The notes: a model not told the origin generated them from the sequence alone. A stretch of 56,202 bases of DNA from an uncultured bacterium (GCA_903842025.1 CAIMKX010000048.1:1-56202), one strand, 5' to 3'. Shown: positions 42,565 to 51,316, counted from the stretch's first letter. Program-made: numbers and translations.

Positions 42565-44499
42565 CTATTTCTTTTCTTTGAATTCAGCGTCTTTGACCTC
42601 TCCTTCACCACTATCTTTCTTTGATTCCCCGCCAGTCTGACTACCACCAGCATTCTTCATCATATCTTCCATAGGATTCTTACCAGCACCTGGCTGTTGA
42701 TTCATATACTGTCCTATCTTCTGAATCTCCCCCGACAACGCCTCCGTTGCGCTTTTTATTCTTGCCAAATCTGGCGACGCGTTATCCTTAGCAGTCTTCA
42801 GATCTGCCACCTTATCTTCAATAGTCTTTCTTAATTCAGCCGGCACTTTATCTCCAGCGTCTTTAAGTGCTTTCTCAGAAGTGTAGATCAGTTGCTCGGC
42901 AATATTCTTGGCCTCGATCGCTTCATGCTTGGCTTTGTCTTCCGCTTCGTGAGCAGTCGCTTCCTGTTTCATTTTCTCGACTTCTTCCTTGGAAAGACCG
43001 GAGCTAGCGGTAATCTTGATCGAATTCGCTTTGCCGGTGGCTTTGTCCTTGGCGGTCACATTGAGGATGCCGTTGGCATCGACATCGAAAGTTACTTCGA
43101 CTTGAGGCATACCGCGCGGTGAAGGTGGGATTCCGTCAAGAATGAACCTCCCTAGCGACTTATTATCGGCTGAAAGAGCCCTTTCACCCTGGGTGATGTG
43201 GATTTCCACCGAGGTTTGGTTATCCGCAGCTGTAGAGAACGTTTGAGACCTCTGGGTGGGTATAGTGGTGTTCTTGTCGATCAGCTTTGTCGCTACACCG
43301 CCCAAAGTTTCGATACCGAGAGAGAGCGGAATGACATCGAGAAGCAAAACATCCCGAACTTCACCGCCCAAAATTCCGCCTTGAATAGCGGCGCCCACCG
43401 CAACCACCTCGTCGGGATTCACACCCATGTGAGGATCTTTTCCGAAGAATTTCTTGACAGCATCTTGGAGAGCCGGCATGCGCGTCTGGCCGCCGACTAG
43501 AACGACTTCATTGATCTCGCCAACCTTGAAGGGCGAGGCCTTCATAGCTCGCTCGGTAATCGCCATCGCTCGACCAATGAATTCCGCGCACATGTTCTCA
43601 AGCTGAGCCCGTGTCATAACGACGAGCAAATGCTTCGGACCATCAGCGCCGGAAGTAATGAATGGAATATTGATCTCGGTCTGCATGGCCGTCGAAAGCT
43701 CAATCTTAGCTTTCTCAGCCGCTTCATCCAGCCTCTGCAGTGCCAAAGGATCGGCTTTGAGATCGATACCATTTTCTTTCTTGAAAGTATCTGCCAGCCA
43801 ATTCACAATCTTGGCATCAATATCGCGACCTCCTAGGTGTGAGTCTCCGTCGGTGGATTTCACTTCGATAACATCATCTCCCACTTCAAGGACGGAAATA
43901 TCGAACGTTCCGCCACCGAAGTCGAAGACGGCGATCTTCTCATCTTTCTTTTTGTTGAAGCCATAAGCCAAAGCCGCGGCCGTCGGTTCATTTATAATTC
44001 TTTTAACATCCAGCCCGGCAATCTTGCCAGCATCTCGTGTAGCCGCTCTCTGGGAATCGTTGAAGTATGCCGGCACGGTAATGACCGCTTCGGTGATCGT
44101 TTCTCCGAGTCGTGCTTCCGCGTCATTCTTCAATTTTTGCAGAATCATAGCCGAGACCTCTTCTGGTCGTAGCCACTTTCCTGACATGTTGACTTCAATG
44201 CCGCCTGTCGAAGATTTGCGAACTTCGAAGGAGACATTTTTAATATCGCTCTGAACTCCCGGATCGTCAAAATTGTGACCCATAAAGCGCTTGATCTGGA
44301 AGATCGTGTTCTTGGGATTAGTTACGGCCTGCCTCTTGGCAAGCAAACCAACCAAGCGTTCGCCCGTCTTGGACTGCGCCACTATCGAAGGTGTCGTCCT
44401 GGCACCCTCGGCATTCTCAAGGACCTTCGGCGTTCCTGCCTCCATAACCGCAACGGCGGAGAAGGTTGTACCGAGGTCTATTCCGATGATTTTACTCAT
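42565..44499 (-). CDS. dnaK: Molecular chaperone DnaK (Hsp70)
   Basis: 644 aa. [24 protein letters not shown] and [10 protein letters not shown] signatures. Confidence 0.95.
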   Translation of the reverse strand: MSKIIGIDLGTTFSAVAVMEAGTPKVLENAEGARTTPSIVAQSKTGERLVGLLAKRQAVTNPKNTIFQIKRFMGHNFDDPGVQSDIKNVSFEVRKSSTGGIEVNMSGKWLRPEEVSAMILQKLKNDAEARLGETITEAVITVPAYFNDSQRAATRDAGKIAGLDVKRIINEPTAAALAYGFNKKKDEKIAVFDFGGGTFDISVLEVGDDVIEVKSTDGDSHLGGRDIDAKIVNWLADTFKKENGIDLKADPLALQRLDEAAEKAKIELSTAMQTEINIPFITSGADGPKHLLVVMTRAQLENMCAEFIGRAMAITERAMKASPFKVGEINEVVLVGGQTRMPALQDAVKKFFGKDPHMGVNPDEVVAVGAAIQGGILGGEVRDVLLLDVIPLSLGIETLGGVATKLIDKNTTIPTQRSQTFSTAADNQTSVEIHITQGERALSADNKSLGRFILDGIPPSPRGMPQVEVTFDVDANGILNVTAKDKATGKANSIKITASSGLSKEEVEKMKQEATAHEAEDKAKHEAIEAKNIAEQLIYTSEKALKDAGDKVPAELRKTIEDKVADLKTAKDNASPDLARIKSATEALSGEIQKIGQYMNQQPGAGKNPMEDMMKNAGGSQTGGESKKDSGEGEVKDAEFKEKK

Positions 44500-44539
44500 A
44501 GATTTTGGGGTAATTTATTTTCTATACACTAATAATTTA

Positions 44540-44935
44540 TTACTGACACGAGTCTCTCATATCCATCACACGTGGTCGATCATCGTCAAGTTCTGGTTTT
44601 GCTTTTACAGATCCGCTTTTACAATTTGGGCAGGAATAAAACGATGGATTTCCATTTGGATGCATGTGAATTGGTTTTGATTCAGAATCCCAACATCTTG
44701 TGCAAAATGGACCTTCACCAGTCTCCTTGTACCAATAGGCATGATTTTTTATGACTAAAACATTTTTAATTCTTAATTTTTCTTTTAGATCAGTAACTTC
44801 TTTTTCAAGCTCGGTGTTTTTCTTCTGTAAGTCCAACATTTTTTCCAGTGCTTCGAGGATTTGTCTATATTCTGGAATCTTACCAGCTTCTTTTAATACA
44901 CCAGCCGCATCTTTTAATCCGTCATATATACTCAT
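44540..44935 (-). CDS. Coiled-coil plus zinc-ribbon small protein (131 aa), immediately upstream of dnaK
   Basis: N-terminal heptad-rich helix (LEKMLDLQKKNTELEKEVTDLKEKL), then CTRC...CPNC. Confidence 0.5.
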   Translation of the reverse strand: MSIYDGLKDAAGVLKEAGKIPEYRQILEALEKMLDLQKKNTELEKEVTDLKEKLRIKNVLVIKNHAYWYKETGEGPFCTRCWDSESKPIHMHPNGNPSFYSCPNCKSGSVKAKPELDDDRPRVMDMRDSCQ

Positions 44936-44957
44936 GGTTGTTATGGTTTAGCATGAT

Positions 44958-45220
44958 AAAGTGGCGACAACTTTCGTCACTTTCAAAATCCCCCACCCTG
45001 TCGGGCACCCCCTTTTTTCCATTCTAAAAATCCCCCACTCCTCGGCTAACGCCTCGGAGCACCCCCTTTTTCAAAGGGGGATTTTCCATCGAACTCGCCA
45101 CTTCTGAGAATGCCTAATAGTTCTAAGAACCCTTAGGGTAATATTTCAATAACATCCCGTTGGAGGATCCTCCTTTGGAAAAGGGGGTGCCCCGACCAAC
45201 GGGATGGGTGGGGGATTTTC
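44958..45220. repeat. Multi-hairpin repeat block, copy B (upstream of the 131-aa ORF and dnaK)
   Basis: Same order of modules as copy A. caccccctttttcaaagggggattttccatcgaac (45060-45094) and ttcaataacatcccgttggaggatcc (45145-45170) are identical to 42393-42427 and 42479-42504. Confidence 0.85.
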
Positions 45221-45287
45221 TGAATCCTTAAGCGAAGCGACTGAATGGCAAGGGGTTTTCTGTTTTTTAATGTACTTTTCTTTTAAC

Positions 45288-45320
45288 ACACTGGATTCCC
45301 CCCTTCGCAAGAATGACACA
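45288..45320. repeat. REP-like hairpin variant, copy 3
   Basis: cactggattccccccttcgcaagaatgacaca. Confidence 0.7.
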
Positions 45321-45512
45321 TTAGAGAGACGGCTTTGCCTCGCCGTAGCTCGCCTTAGCGAGCGAAGGAGGGAGCCCTTGTAGGTTGACTATTTATGAGA
45401 AATTCTAGAGAAAAATATGGAGAAACGAGAGGGGCAAAAGCGGGAGTGTATAAAGTATCGGGGGTTTTTGCGGTGCAGGAAATTGGTAAACAATATAGGC
45501 TATTGCATTCAA

Positions 45513-45544
45513 CACTGGATTCCCGCCTTCGTGGGAATGACACA
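45513..45544. repeat. REP-like hairpin variant, copy 4
   Basis: cactggattcccgccttcgtgggaatgacaca. Confidence 0.75.
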
Positions 45545-45732
45545 AGCGAAAGTGGTTGAGCCGAAATAAGTCTCCCACGTAGTTCTCCATTAACTACTGC
45601 CACCAAGAAAGTCAGACGAAATTGGCGACCGGAAGCATCGGTGAAGATGCGGGAAAGAAATTGGGTTTTCGGGGCTATTTGAATCATATAAGCAGTACGA
45701 TCAATTATAGCAAAAAGTTCAAATTTGATACA

Positions 45733-45979
45733 TTGACAGTAATATTAACAACGTGGTATATTGAAAAAGCTTACAAGCTTCTGTCCACTATCCGTCCTAC
45801 AACAAAAACGGATAGACGACAGAAATATCACGTTAGCTATATATGGGTCGCCGTTACAAGGGATCGAAAGTTTCAAATGACTGGAAGATCAAACTGAAAC
45901 TCAATATTGCGGACGTAGACGTCATCAATACCCGCCAATTCTTCCTGCGCCGAATTCAACACTTTCGGCGCTTTCTTTT
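45733..45979 (+). ncRNA. Candidate ~210-nt transcript (sRNA or tiny-ORF mRNA) with its own promoter and terminator
   Basis: TTGACA (45733-45738), 18-nt spacer, TGG-TATATT extended -10 (45754-45762). Internal hairpin ctatccgt...acggatag. Terminator gcgccgaa-ttcaacac-tttcggcgc plus tttctttt (45947-45979). Confidence 0.4.
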
Positions 45980-45987
45980 GTTCAATT

Positions 45988-46581
45988 TTACTTCTTCTTG
46001 AACTCCCCAACCTTGACCTTCGGCGGCCGCATGGCTTTACCATTCAAATTATATCCTTTCTGCAAGACCGTCAGTATCTTATGATTATCAGCCTCCGATT
46101 CCACAGGCACATATTCAGCCGCCTCGTCTCTATTATGATCAAATATCTGGCCGATAGGATTAACCTCGTCGAGTCCGGCATCACTCAACGCTTTCTTTAA
46201 TTGAGAATAAATATACTCAACCCCAACCCTCCAATTCTTATCGACATTCTCCCAGACTTCCTTGTTACCCATCGCCATGTCGAAGCTTTCTAGAACTGGA
46301 ATAAGGCTATCAATCAAACCTTCATTGGAGAATTTTACGAAGTTCTTGCGCTCCTCCTCTTCCCTTTTGCGGGCGTTAATGGAATCAGCCTTGGCTCTCT
46401 GCCAGCCTGTCAGATATTCCATCTTTTCTGCCTCGCACTTCTTGAGCTTCTCGCGAAGCTTCTTTACGGCTTCAAGGGCATTTTCTTCGGCAACAACAGA
46501 GTCATCGAGGTCGTTGTCTTCGATAATCTTCTCAATAGTTGGCTCTGGCACTATTTCATTATCTTCTGATTCATTCTTCAT
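45988..46581 (-). CDS. grpE: Nucleotide exchange factor GrpE
   Basis: 197 aa. Acidic N-terminus, coiled coil, and a C-terminal GrpE-like beta domain (...VLQKGYNLNGKAMRPPKVKV). Confidence 0.88.
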   Translation of the reverse strand: MKNESEDNEIVPEPTIEKIIEDNDLDDSVVAEENALEAVKKLREKLKKCEAEKMEYLTGWQRAKADSINARKREEEERKNFVKFSNEGLIDSLIPVLESFDMAMGNKEVWENVDKNWRVGVEYIYSQLKKALSDAGLDEVNPIGQIFDHNRDEAAEYVPVESEADNHKILTVLQKGYNLNGKAMRPPKVKVGEFKKK

Positions 46582-46618
46582 TTATTCAAGAATAGCGGAA
46601 AATTGCCCTTAAGGCAAC

Positions 46619-46645
46619 AAAAAAGTCCGCCACCATCGACGGACT
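46619..46645 (-). terminator. Rho-independent terminator after 46667-47134
   Basis: On the minus strand, agtccg-tcgatggtgg-cggact is followed by tttttt. Confidence 0.6.
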
Positions 46646-46666
46646 GATACCTTTCTGCCTAGACTT

Positions 46667-47134
46667 CTAGGTCAATAATTCCCGAAAACGGCATATCCTC
46701 TTGCTTAACTCATTATATCTCTGAGATGATTTGCTGACTGCTTCGCGAACCATCTTTTCATCCTGATAAATATCGGACGATTTCTGATCGTTAGCCATCC
46801 TCATGAGCTCTGTGAGATTGGCACGACGAACTTCAAAGAACTCATTCAAGTTCTTGATGTACAGTTCCATCGACATGAGAGCTATGGAGCCCATGTCGTA
46901 CTCACTTTCATAGCCCAAGGCTAAGATATTGATCTTGTATCTATGAAGTTCATCGCAGACCGTCTTATAAATCAGGTCGGCGTTTTCGCAACCACCGGGT
47001 TGTGTGAAATGCAGTACAGAACATTGTAGTTCACAAATCGTTCGATTGACCCTATCGAACCCGCGATAGTGAAATATCAAGAGCGTTGTGGCTATGATAA
47101 CGATAAAGAGAAGAACAAAGGTTACTTGTTCCAT
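46667..47134 (-). CDS. Hypothetical N-terminally anchored protein (155 aa)
   Basis: TM segment VTFVLLFIVIIATTLLIF. No motif recognised. Confidence 0.5.
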   Translation of the reverse strand: MEQVTFVLLFIVIIATTLLIFHYRGFDRVNRTICELQCSVLHFTQPGGCENADLIYKTVCDELHRYKINILALGYESEYDMGSIALMSMELYIKNLNEFFEVRRANLTELMRMANDQKSSDIYQDEKMVREAVSKSSQRYNELSKRICRFRELLT

Positions 47135-47176
47135 ATTACCTCCATTGTGTTGTTGATCTGCAATGATTGTACAACT

Positions 47177-47204
47177 AAAAAAGAAGTATCGCTACTTCTT
47201 TTTT
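47177..47204. terminator. Bidirectional rho-independent terminator after rpsI
   Basis: aaaaaagaagta-tcgc-tacttctttttt. Confidence 0.8.
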
Positions 47205-47227
47205 GAATACGATTCTGCAATTCAGGA

Positions 47228-47638
47228 CTAGCGTTTGCTCCACTGTGGAGACTTGCGGGCTTTCTTGAAACCGAACTTGCGGCGTTCTTTGGCGCGGGGA
47301 TCTCGCTTCAAATAACCGAGCTTCTTCAAAGCGCCGCGAGTCGTGATGTCATAAACCATGAGTGCGCGGGCGATGCCGTGGCGAAGAGCTTCGGACTGAG
47401 CGTTAATGCCGCCACCAACAATCTTGGCCGTTACGTGGAATTTGTCGGCGGTCTTGGCTCCGGCAAAAGCTTCTCCGGCAGTAGCCTGCATCTCTTTGGT
47501 TGGAAAATAGGCCTCCAAAGTCTTGCCATTGATCTCAAATCCGGTCTTGGCTCCGGCAAAAAGGCGGACGCGAGCAATGGCCGTTTTTCTACGTCCTACT
47601 GCTTCAAAGTATTTCTTTATGGTTGGTGTTGGTGTCAT
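47228..47638 (-). CDS. rpsI: 30S ribosomal protein S9
   Basis: 136 aa. GGGINAQSEALRHGIARAL and the C-terminal ...KKARKSPQWSKR. Confidence 0.92.
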   Translation of the reverse strand: MTPTPTIKKYFEAVGRRKTAIARVRLFAGAKTGFEINGKTLEAYFPTKEMQATAGEAFAGAKTADKFHVTAKIVGGGINAQSEALRHGIARALMVYDITTRGALKKLGYLKRDPRAKERRKFGFKKARKSPQWSKR

Positions 47639-47643
47639 GGTTT

Positions 47644-47709
47644 GGAATTTTGAATTTAGAATTTGGAATTTAGAATCTAAATTCTATATTCCAAATTCTA
47701 AATTCTAAC
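47644..47709. repeat. Low-complexity palindromic hairpin (ggaatttaga family), copy 2
   Basis: ggaattttgaatttagaatttggaatttagaa | tctaaattctatattccaaattctaaattctaac, lying between rplM and rpsI. Confidence 0.85.
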
Positions 47710-47710
47710 T

Positions 47711-48055
47711 TCATTCTTTAATAATCAAATTCTTCATCCTCAGATCCCGCAGTTTATTGTCGGGAAGCATGCGGTAAACAGCGCGACGCATAACCTCGGT
47801 GATGCCGCGGCGGTTGATGAGATCGCCCAGACTTTCGGAATTGAGGCCGCCACGATGGCCGGTGTAGGTGACGTAAACGTCTTTCAGCTTCTTGTTGGCG
47901 GTGATATCCGTCCTTGAAGCATTCAAAATCTCCACTTGGCCTTCAGCCACGACATTCTTGGCGAAACTCGTGGAATTCTTGCCCATAAGCTGGGCGGCGG
48001 CCTGGCTGGCCACCCTTCCCAATTTCTTATCTTTTGCGTCAATTGAATATTTCAT
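47711..48055 (-). CDS. rplM: 50S ribosomal protein L13
   Basis: MKYSIDAKDKKLGRVASQAA... and YTGHRGGL motifs. The start is placed at the ATG at 48055 to avoid overlap with rplQ. Confidence 0.88.
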   Translation of the reverse strand: MKYSIDAKDKKLGRVASQAAAQLMGKNSTSFAKNVVAEGQVEILNASRTDITANKKLKDVYVTYTGHRGGLNSESLGDLINRRGITEVMRRAVYRMLPDNKLRDLRMKNLIIKE

Positions 48056-48065
48056 GTTTTTCTGT

Positions 48066-48413
48066 TTACACAAACTCTATCATGGACATCGGACTTCCAT
48101 CCAGATCGCGATCAGCCAAACGAACTATTCTGGTGTATCCACCAGCGCGACTCTTGTATTTCGCGGCCGTCTCGATGAGCTTGTTTGTTTCATTGACGCT
48201 TTGAAGTCGAGAAACAATAAGCCTTTTCGAAGCCATGGTACCAACTTTGGCCCTGGTGACAAGCTTCTCAACGAAAGGACGAAGCTCCTTGGCCTTGGCC
48301 GTCGTGGTGCGAATGCGCGAATCGCGGATCAAGTTCCTGGCCAAAGAACGCAAAAGAGCGTGCCTCTGGGTCTTTTCGCGTCCAAATTTTCGGTTGTTTG
48401 AGTGATGTCTCAT
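48066..48413 (-). CDS. rplQ: 50S ribosomal protein L17
   Basis: 115 aa. MRHHSNNRKFGREKTQRHALLRSLARNLI. Confidence 0.92.
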   Translation of the reverse strand: MRHHSNNRKFGREKTQRHALLRSLARNLIRDSRIRTTTAKAKELRPFVEKLVTRAKVGTMASKRLIVSRLQSVNETNKLIETAAKYKSRAGGYTRIVRLADRDLDGSPMSMIEFV

Positions 48414-48431
48414 GATAATTTACATTTTGCA

Positions 48432-49424
48432 TTATTGCTTCAGGGTAATATTGTACTGGGCCAAGAGCTTTTTAATTTCTTGCATACCTTTAGCTCCTAA
48501 ACCGTCGACATCCATGATGTCCGACTCCTTCTTCCTGGCCAAACCACCCAAAGTCCTCACGTTGGCGTTGGAAAGAGCCTTGACCGTTCTTGAGGAAAGG
48601 CCCAAAACGTCGATGCGAGTCTTGGAAAGCTCGGTATCCAGCTCCAACTTGGATTCTCCCTTGGACTTGGTTCCGGAAGCTTCGCCAGAATCAGCGGCAG
48701 CCTTACCATCTGAAATAGAATCCGCAGACTCTTCCTCCTTGAATCCGACAATGGCTTTGAGTTGTTTGATCATTAGGGAAATCGACTTCTCTAGGGCTTC
48801 GCGTGGTGAAATGGTGCCGTCGGTCTCGATCGTCAAGCGAACGCGGTTGAAATCGGTCCTGTCGCCGACGCGCATATTCTCAACCTCGTAATTGGCCTTA
48901 CGGATCGGGGTAAAAGCGGCATCAAGGGTGATGGCGCCGATATCGACGCGCTCTTTCTGAATGACTTCCTTGGAGACATATCCGAGGCCTTTCTCGACGG
49001 TGATCTCTATATCGATATCAGCGCCCTTCTCGGTAAGAGAGGCGATGTGCAAATCAGGATTTAAAATTTCGGCCTGACCGGGAGCTTCGATGTCTTTTGC
49101 AGTTAATTCTTTGACTCCTTTGGCTTTGAGCGACATGACTTGAGGCTCATCGGTATCGAGGCGGATCCTGACTTTCTTGAGATTTAGGAGAATGGTCACA
49201 ACGTCTTCCTTGACGCCGTCAAGAGTCGAAAATTCATGCTCGACACCGGCTATCTTGACTTTGGTGATGGCCGCGCCCGGCAAGGAGGAGAGGATGATGC
49301 GGCGGAGAGAGTTGCCAAGAGTATGTCCGTAGCCCGGATAAAGGCCGTCGATCTCATAAACTCCACTGACCTTGTCCTCGCGGATAATCTTTGGCTGTGA
49401 TGGTAGTACTACTTCGTATGTCAT
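48432..49424 (-). CDS. rpoA: DNA-directed RNA polymerase subunit alpha
   Basis: 330 aa. GYGHTLGNSLRRILLSS-like N-terminal domain and a C-terminal domain with LGLSSRTVKALSNANVRTLGGL. Confidence 0.93.
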   Translation of the reverse strand: MTYEVVLPSQPKIIREDKVSGVYEIDGLYPGYGHTLGNSLRRIILSSLPGAAITKVKIAGVEHEFSTLDGVKEDVVTILLNLKKVRIRLDTDEPQVMSLKAKGVKELTAKDIEAPGQAEILNPDLHIASLTEKGADIDIEITVEKGLGYVSKEVIQKERVDIGAITLDAAFTPIRKANYEVENMRVGDRTDFNRVRLTIETDGTISPREALEKSISLMIKQLKAIVGFKEEESADSISDGKAAADSGEASGTKSKGESKLELDTELSKTRIDVLGLSSRTVKALSNANVRTLGGLARKKESDIMDVDGLGAKGMQEIKKLLAQYNITLKQ

Positions 49425-49477
49425 ATATTTATTATTATAAAATTAGAACACAATTATACATTAAAATAAGATAATGT

Positions 49478-50083
49478 CTAGCGTGTGTAAAACTCCAAGA
49501 CCTGCTTGACGTCGAAAAGGAGCTCCGTCATATCCGTGACGGGCGTGGCAATGATGCTGACCTTTTTGGTGGCTGGGTCAACCGACATCCAGGACGGCCA
49601 TTTGAAAGTCTTGAGCTCCTCGTCCAATCTGGCGAAAATCACCTTGTTCTTACTGCCTTCCCTGATCGTCAGGACATCGCCGACTCTGACCTCATATGAA
49701 GGTACGGTGATATTCTTGCCATTCACGACTATATGACCGTGAGAAACCATTTGTCTGGCGGCCGAGCGGGTCGGAGCGTAGCCGGCCCGGACCATGGTGT
49801 TGTCCAAACGACTTTCGAGAATTGAAAGAAGGTTTTTGGCATTATCGCCGGTAGTTTTCAAGGCTTTCTTGACATATTTGGTGAATTGTTTGCCGGAGAC
49901 GCCGTAGCTGAAGCGGGCCTTCTGTTTCTCCATCATCTGCTTGCCGTATTCGCTTTTGGTGCCGCGGCGACCGGTGGTCTTGGCCTTACGCTGGGCGCGC
50001 ATGGCAAATTTCTGAGTCTGAGTCTTCCTGAAGACTGGGGCTCCCAAGTATCTGGCTTTTTTGTATCGTGGTCCGATCTTCAT
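49478..50083 (-). CDS. rpsD: 30S ribosomal protein S4
   Basis: MKIGPRYKKARYLG... The start is placed at the ATG at 50083, because the ORF-track extension runs into the 83-nt repeat element. Confidence 0.9.
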   Translation of the reverse strand: MKIGPRYKKARYLGAPVFRKTQTQKFAMRAQRKAKTTGRRGTKSEYGKQMMEKQKARFSYGVSGKQFTKYVKKALKTTGDNAKNLLSILESRLDNTMVRAGYAPTRSAARQMVSHGHIVVNGKNITVPSYEVRVGDVLTIREGSKNKVIFARLDEELKTFKWPSWMSVDPATKKVSIIATPVTDMTELLFDVKQVLEFYTR

Positions 50084-50108
50084 AAATTTAAAAATTAAAA
50101 ACAACTCC

Positions 50109-50191
50109 GCACCCTCTCGGCGGGACAAGTGTCGCTCCGATTCTTCGCTTCGCTCGAATTACGCGACACTTCTCCCGCCTGAAGAGGGTGC
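50109..50191. repeat. 83-nt conserved three-tier hairpin element, copy 2 (between rpsK and rpsD)
   Basis: gcaccctctcggcgggacaagtgtcgc...gcgacacttctcccgcctgaagagggtgc. Confidence 0.9.
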
Positions 50192-50259
50192 GGCTGGCGC
50201 AATTCATTATTAAGTTTTACATTGTTATTTTTCATTTTGATATTTACATTTTACATTAA

Positions 50260-50691
50260 CTATACGCGTCTCGGTTTCTTGGGTTTCGGCCCGTTGAACG
50301 GCACCGGCGTCGCATCCTTAATGGACGAAATAGTGATGCCTTTGCTTATAAAACCCCTGATCGCAGACTCGCGGCCGGAACCGACGCCCTTGACGACCAC
50401 ATCCACTTCCCGAATGCCGAGGTTTTGAGCCTTGAGTGCCAAGGTTTCGCCGACTTTGGCGGCGGCAAACGGCGTACCCTTCTTGGCACCACGAAAACCG
50501 GCTCCACCACTTGATCCCCACATGAGAGCGTTGCCGGACTTATCGGAAAGCATGACCTTTGTATTGTTATAAGTAGACTGGACGTGCAGAATACCGCTGT
50601 CATAGCGCTTTTTTGAAGACACGAGATTGGCTGAAGACTTCTTGTCCCCCGTCTCTGCTTCACCAGTTGTTACAATTCTTTTTTTACCCAT
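50260..50691 (-). CDS. rpsK: 30S ribosomal protein S11
   Basis: 143 aa. GILHVQSTYNNTKVMLSD... and GFRGAKKGTPFAA. Confidence 0.92.
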   Translation of the reverse strand: MGKKRIVTTGEAETGDKKSSANLVSSKKRYDSGILHVQSTYNNTKVMLSDKSGNALMWGSSGGAGFRGAKKGTPFAAAKVGETLALKAQNLGIREVDVVVKGVGSGRESAIRGFISKGITISSIKDATPVPFNGPKPKKPRRV

Positions 50692-50762
50692 GTTATTGTT
50701 TTCTCTCTATGCCTTTGTATTGACTCCTTTTCTAATCTCCAATCTCTAATATCTTTATGTTT

Positions 50763-51143
50763 TTACTTCTTCTCTTCCTTCCTCTTGCCCGATCCCATGG
50801 TCTTCCTGACGTTGCCTCTGACCGTCCTGGAATTGGTCTTGGTTCTCTGACCGCGCGAAGGCAAATGTCTGGCGTGCCGCAGGCCGCGGTAGGCTTTGAT
50901 ATCTTTGAGACGTTTGATATTGCCGGCAACCTCACGCTTGAGATCGCCTTCAATCTTGAAGCCCTCGACGAGCTTGCGGATCGTGTTCTCCTGATCAACA
51001 GTCAAATCCTTCGGCTTGATCGCTCCGTCAACTTTGGCCTTGAGCAGAATGTGCTTGGCCCTAGACTGGCCCACGCCATAAATTGCCGTTAGGGCGAATT
51101 CCATTCTTTTATTTTCCGGAAGTGTAATACCAAGGATACGCAT
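50763..51143 (-). CDS. rpsM: 30S ribosomal protein S13
   Basis: 126 aa. MRILGITLPENKRMEFALTAIYGVG. Confidence 0.92.
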   Translation of the reverse strand: MRILGITLPENKRMEFALTAIYGVGQSRAKHILLKAKVDGAIKPKDLTVDQENTIRKLVEGFKIEGDLKREVAGNIKRLKDIKAYRGLRHARHLPSRGQRTKTNSRTVRGNVRKTMGSGKRKEEKK

Positions 51144-51198
51144 ATTGTATATTTATTTGAATTTTGTGTTTCTTGTTCTTATCTCTAACCTCTTACCT

Positions 51199-51315
51199 CT
51201 ACCCTTGCCTCTGCTTGTGCCTCGGGTTACCCTTGCAGGTCACATACAAATATCCACCACGGCGGATTATTTGGCATTTCGGGCATATTTTCTTGACTGC
51301 GGCTTTAACCTTCAT
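51199..51315 (-). CDS. rpmJ: 50S ribosomal protein L36
   Basis: 38 aa: [38 protein letters not shown] (internal start of the ORF-track entry). Confidence 0.9.
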   Translation of the reverse strand: MKVKAAVKKICPKCQIIRRGGYLYVTCKGNPRHKQRQG

Positions 51316-51316
51316 A

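Noticed and set aside
42266-42640. 124-aa ORF (also ORF 45355-45687 and ORF 45622-45897)
   Set aside because: These are translations of the hairpin repeat blocks (PPFSKGDF, PFEKGGAPKGRG and SFPRRRESS type peptides). They are not genes.
41668-46666. CIRCE (HrcA operator) elements near grpE, dnaK and dnaJ
   Set aside because: No TTAGCACTC-N9-GAGTGCTAA-like inverted repeat was found by eye. ttagca and ttagcc occurrences at 41888, 12872 and 24632 lack the partner arm.
49478-50128. 216-aa version of rpsD starting at 50128
   Set aside because: The first 15 codons run into the 83-nt repeat element. The canonical S4 N-terminus MKIGPRYKK starts at 50083.
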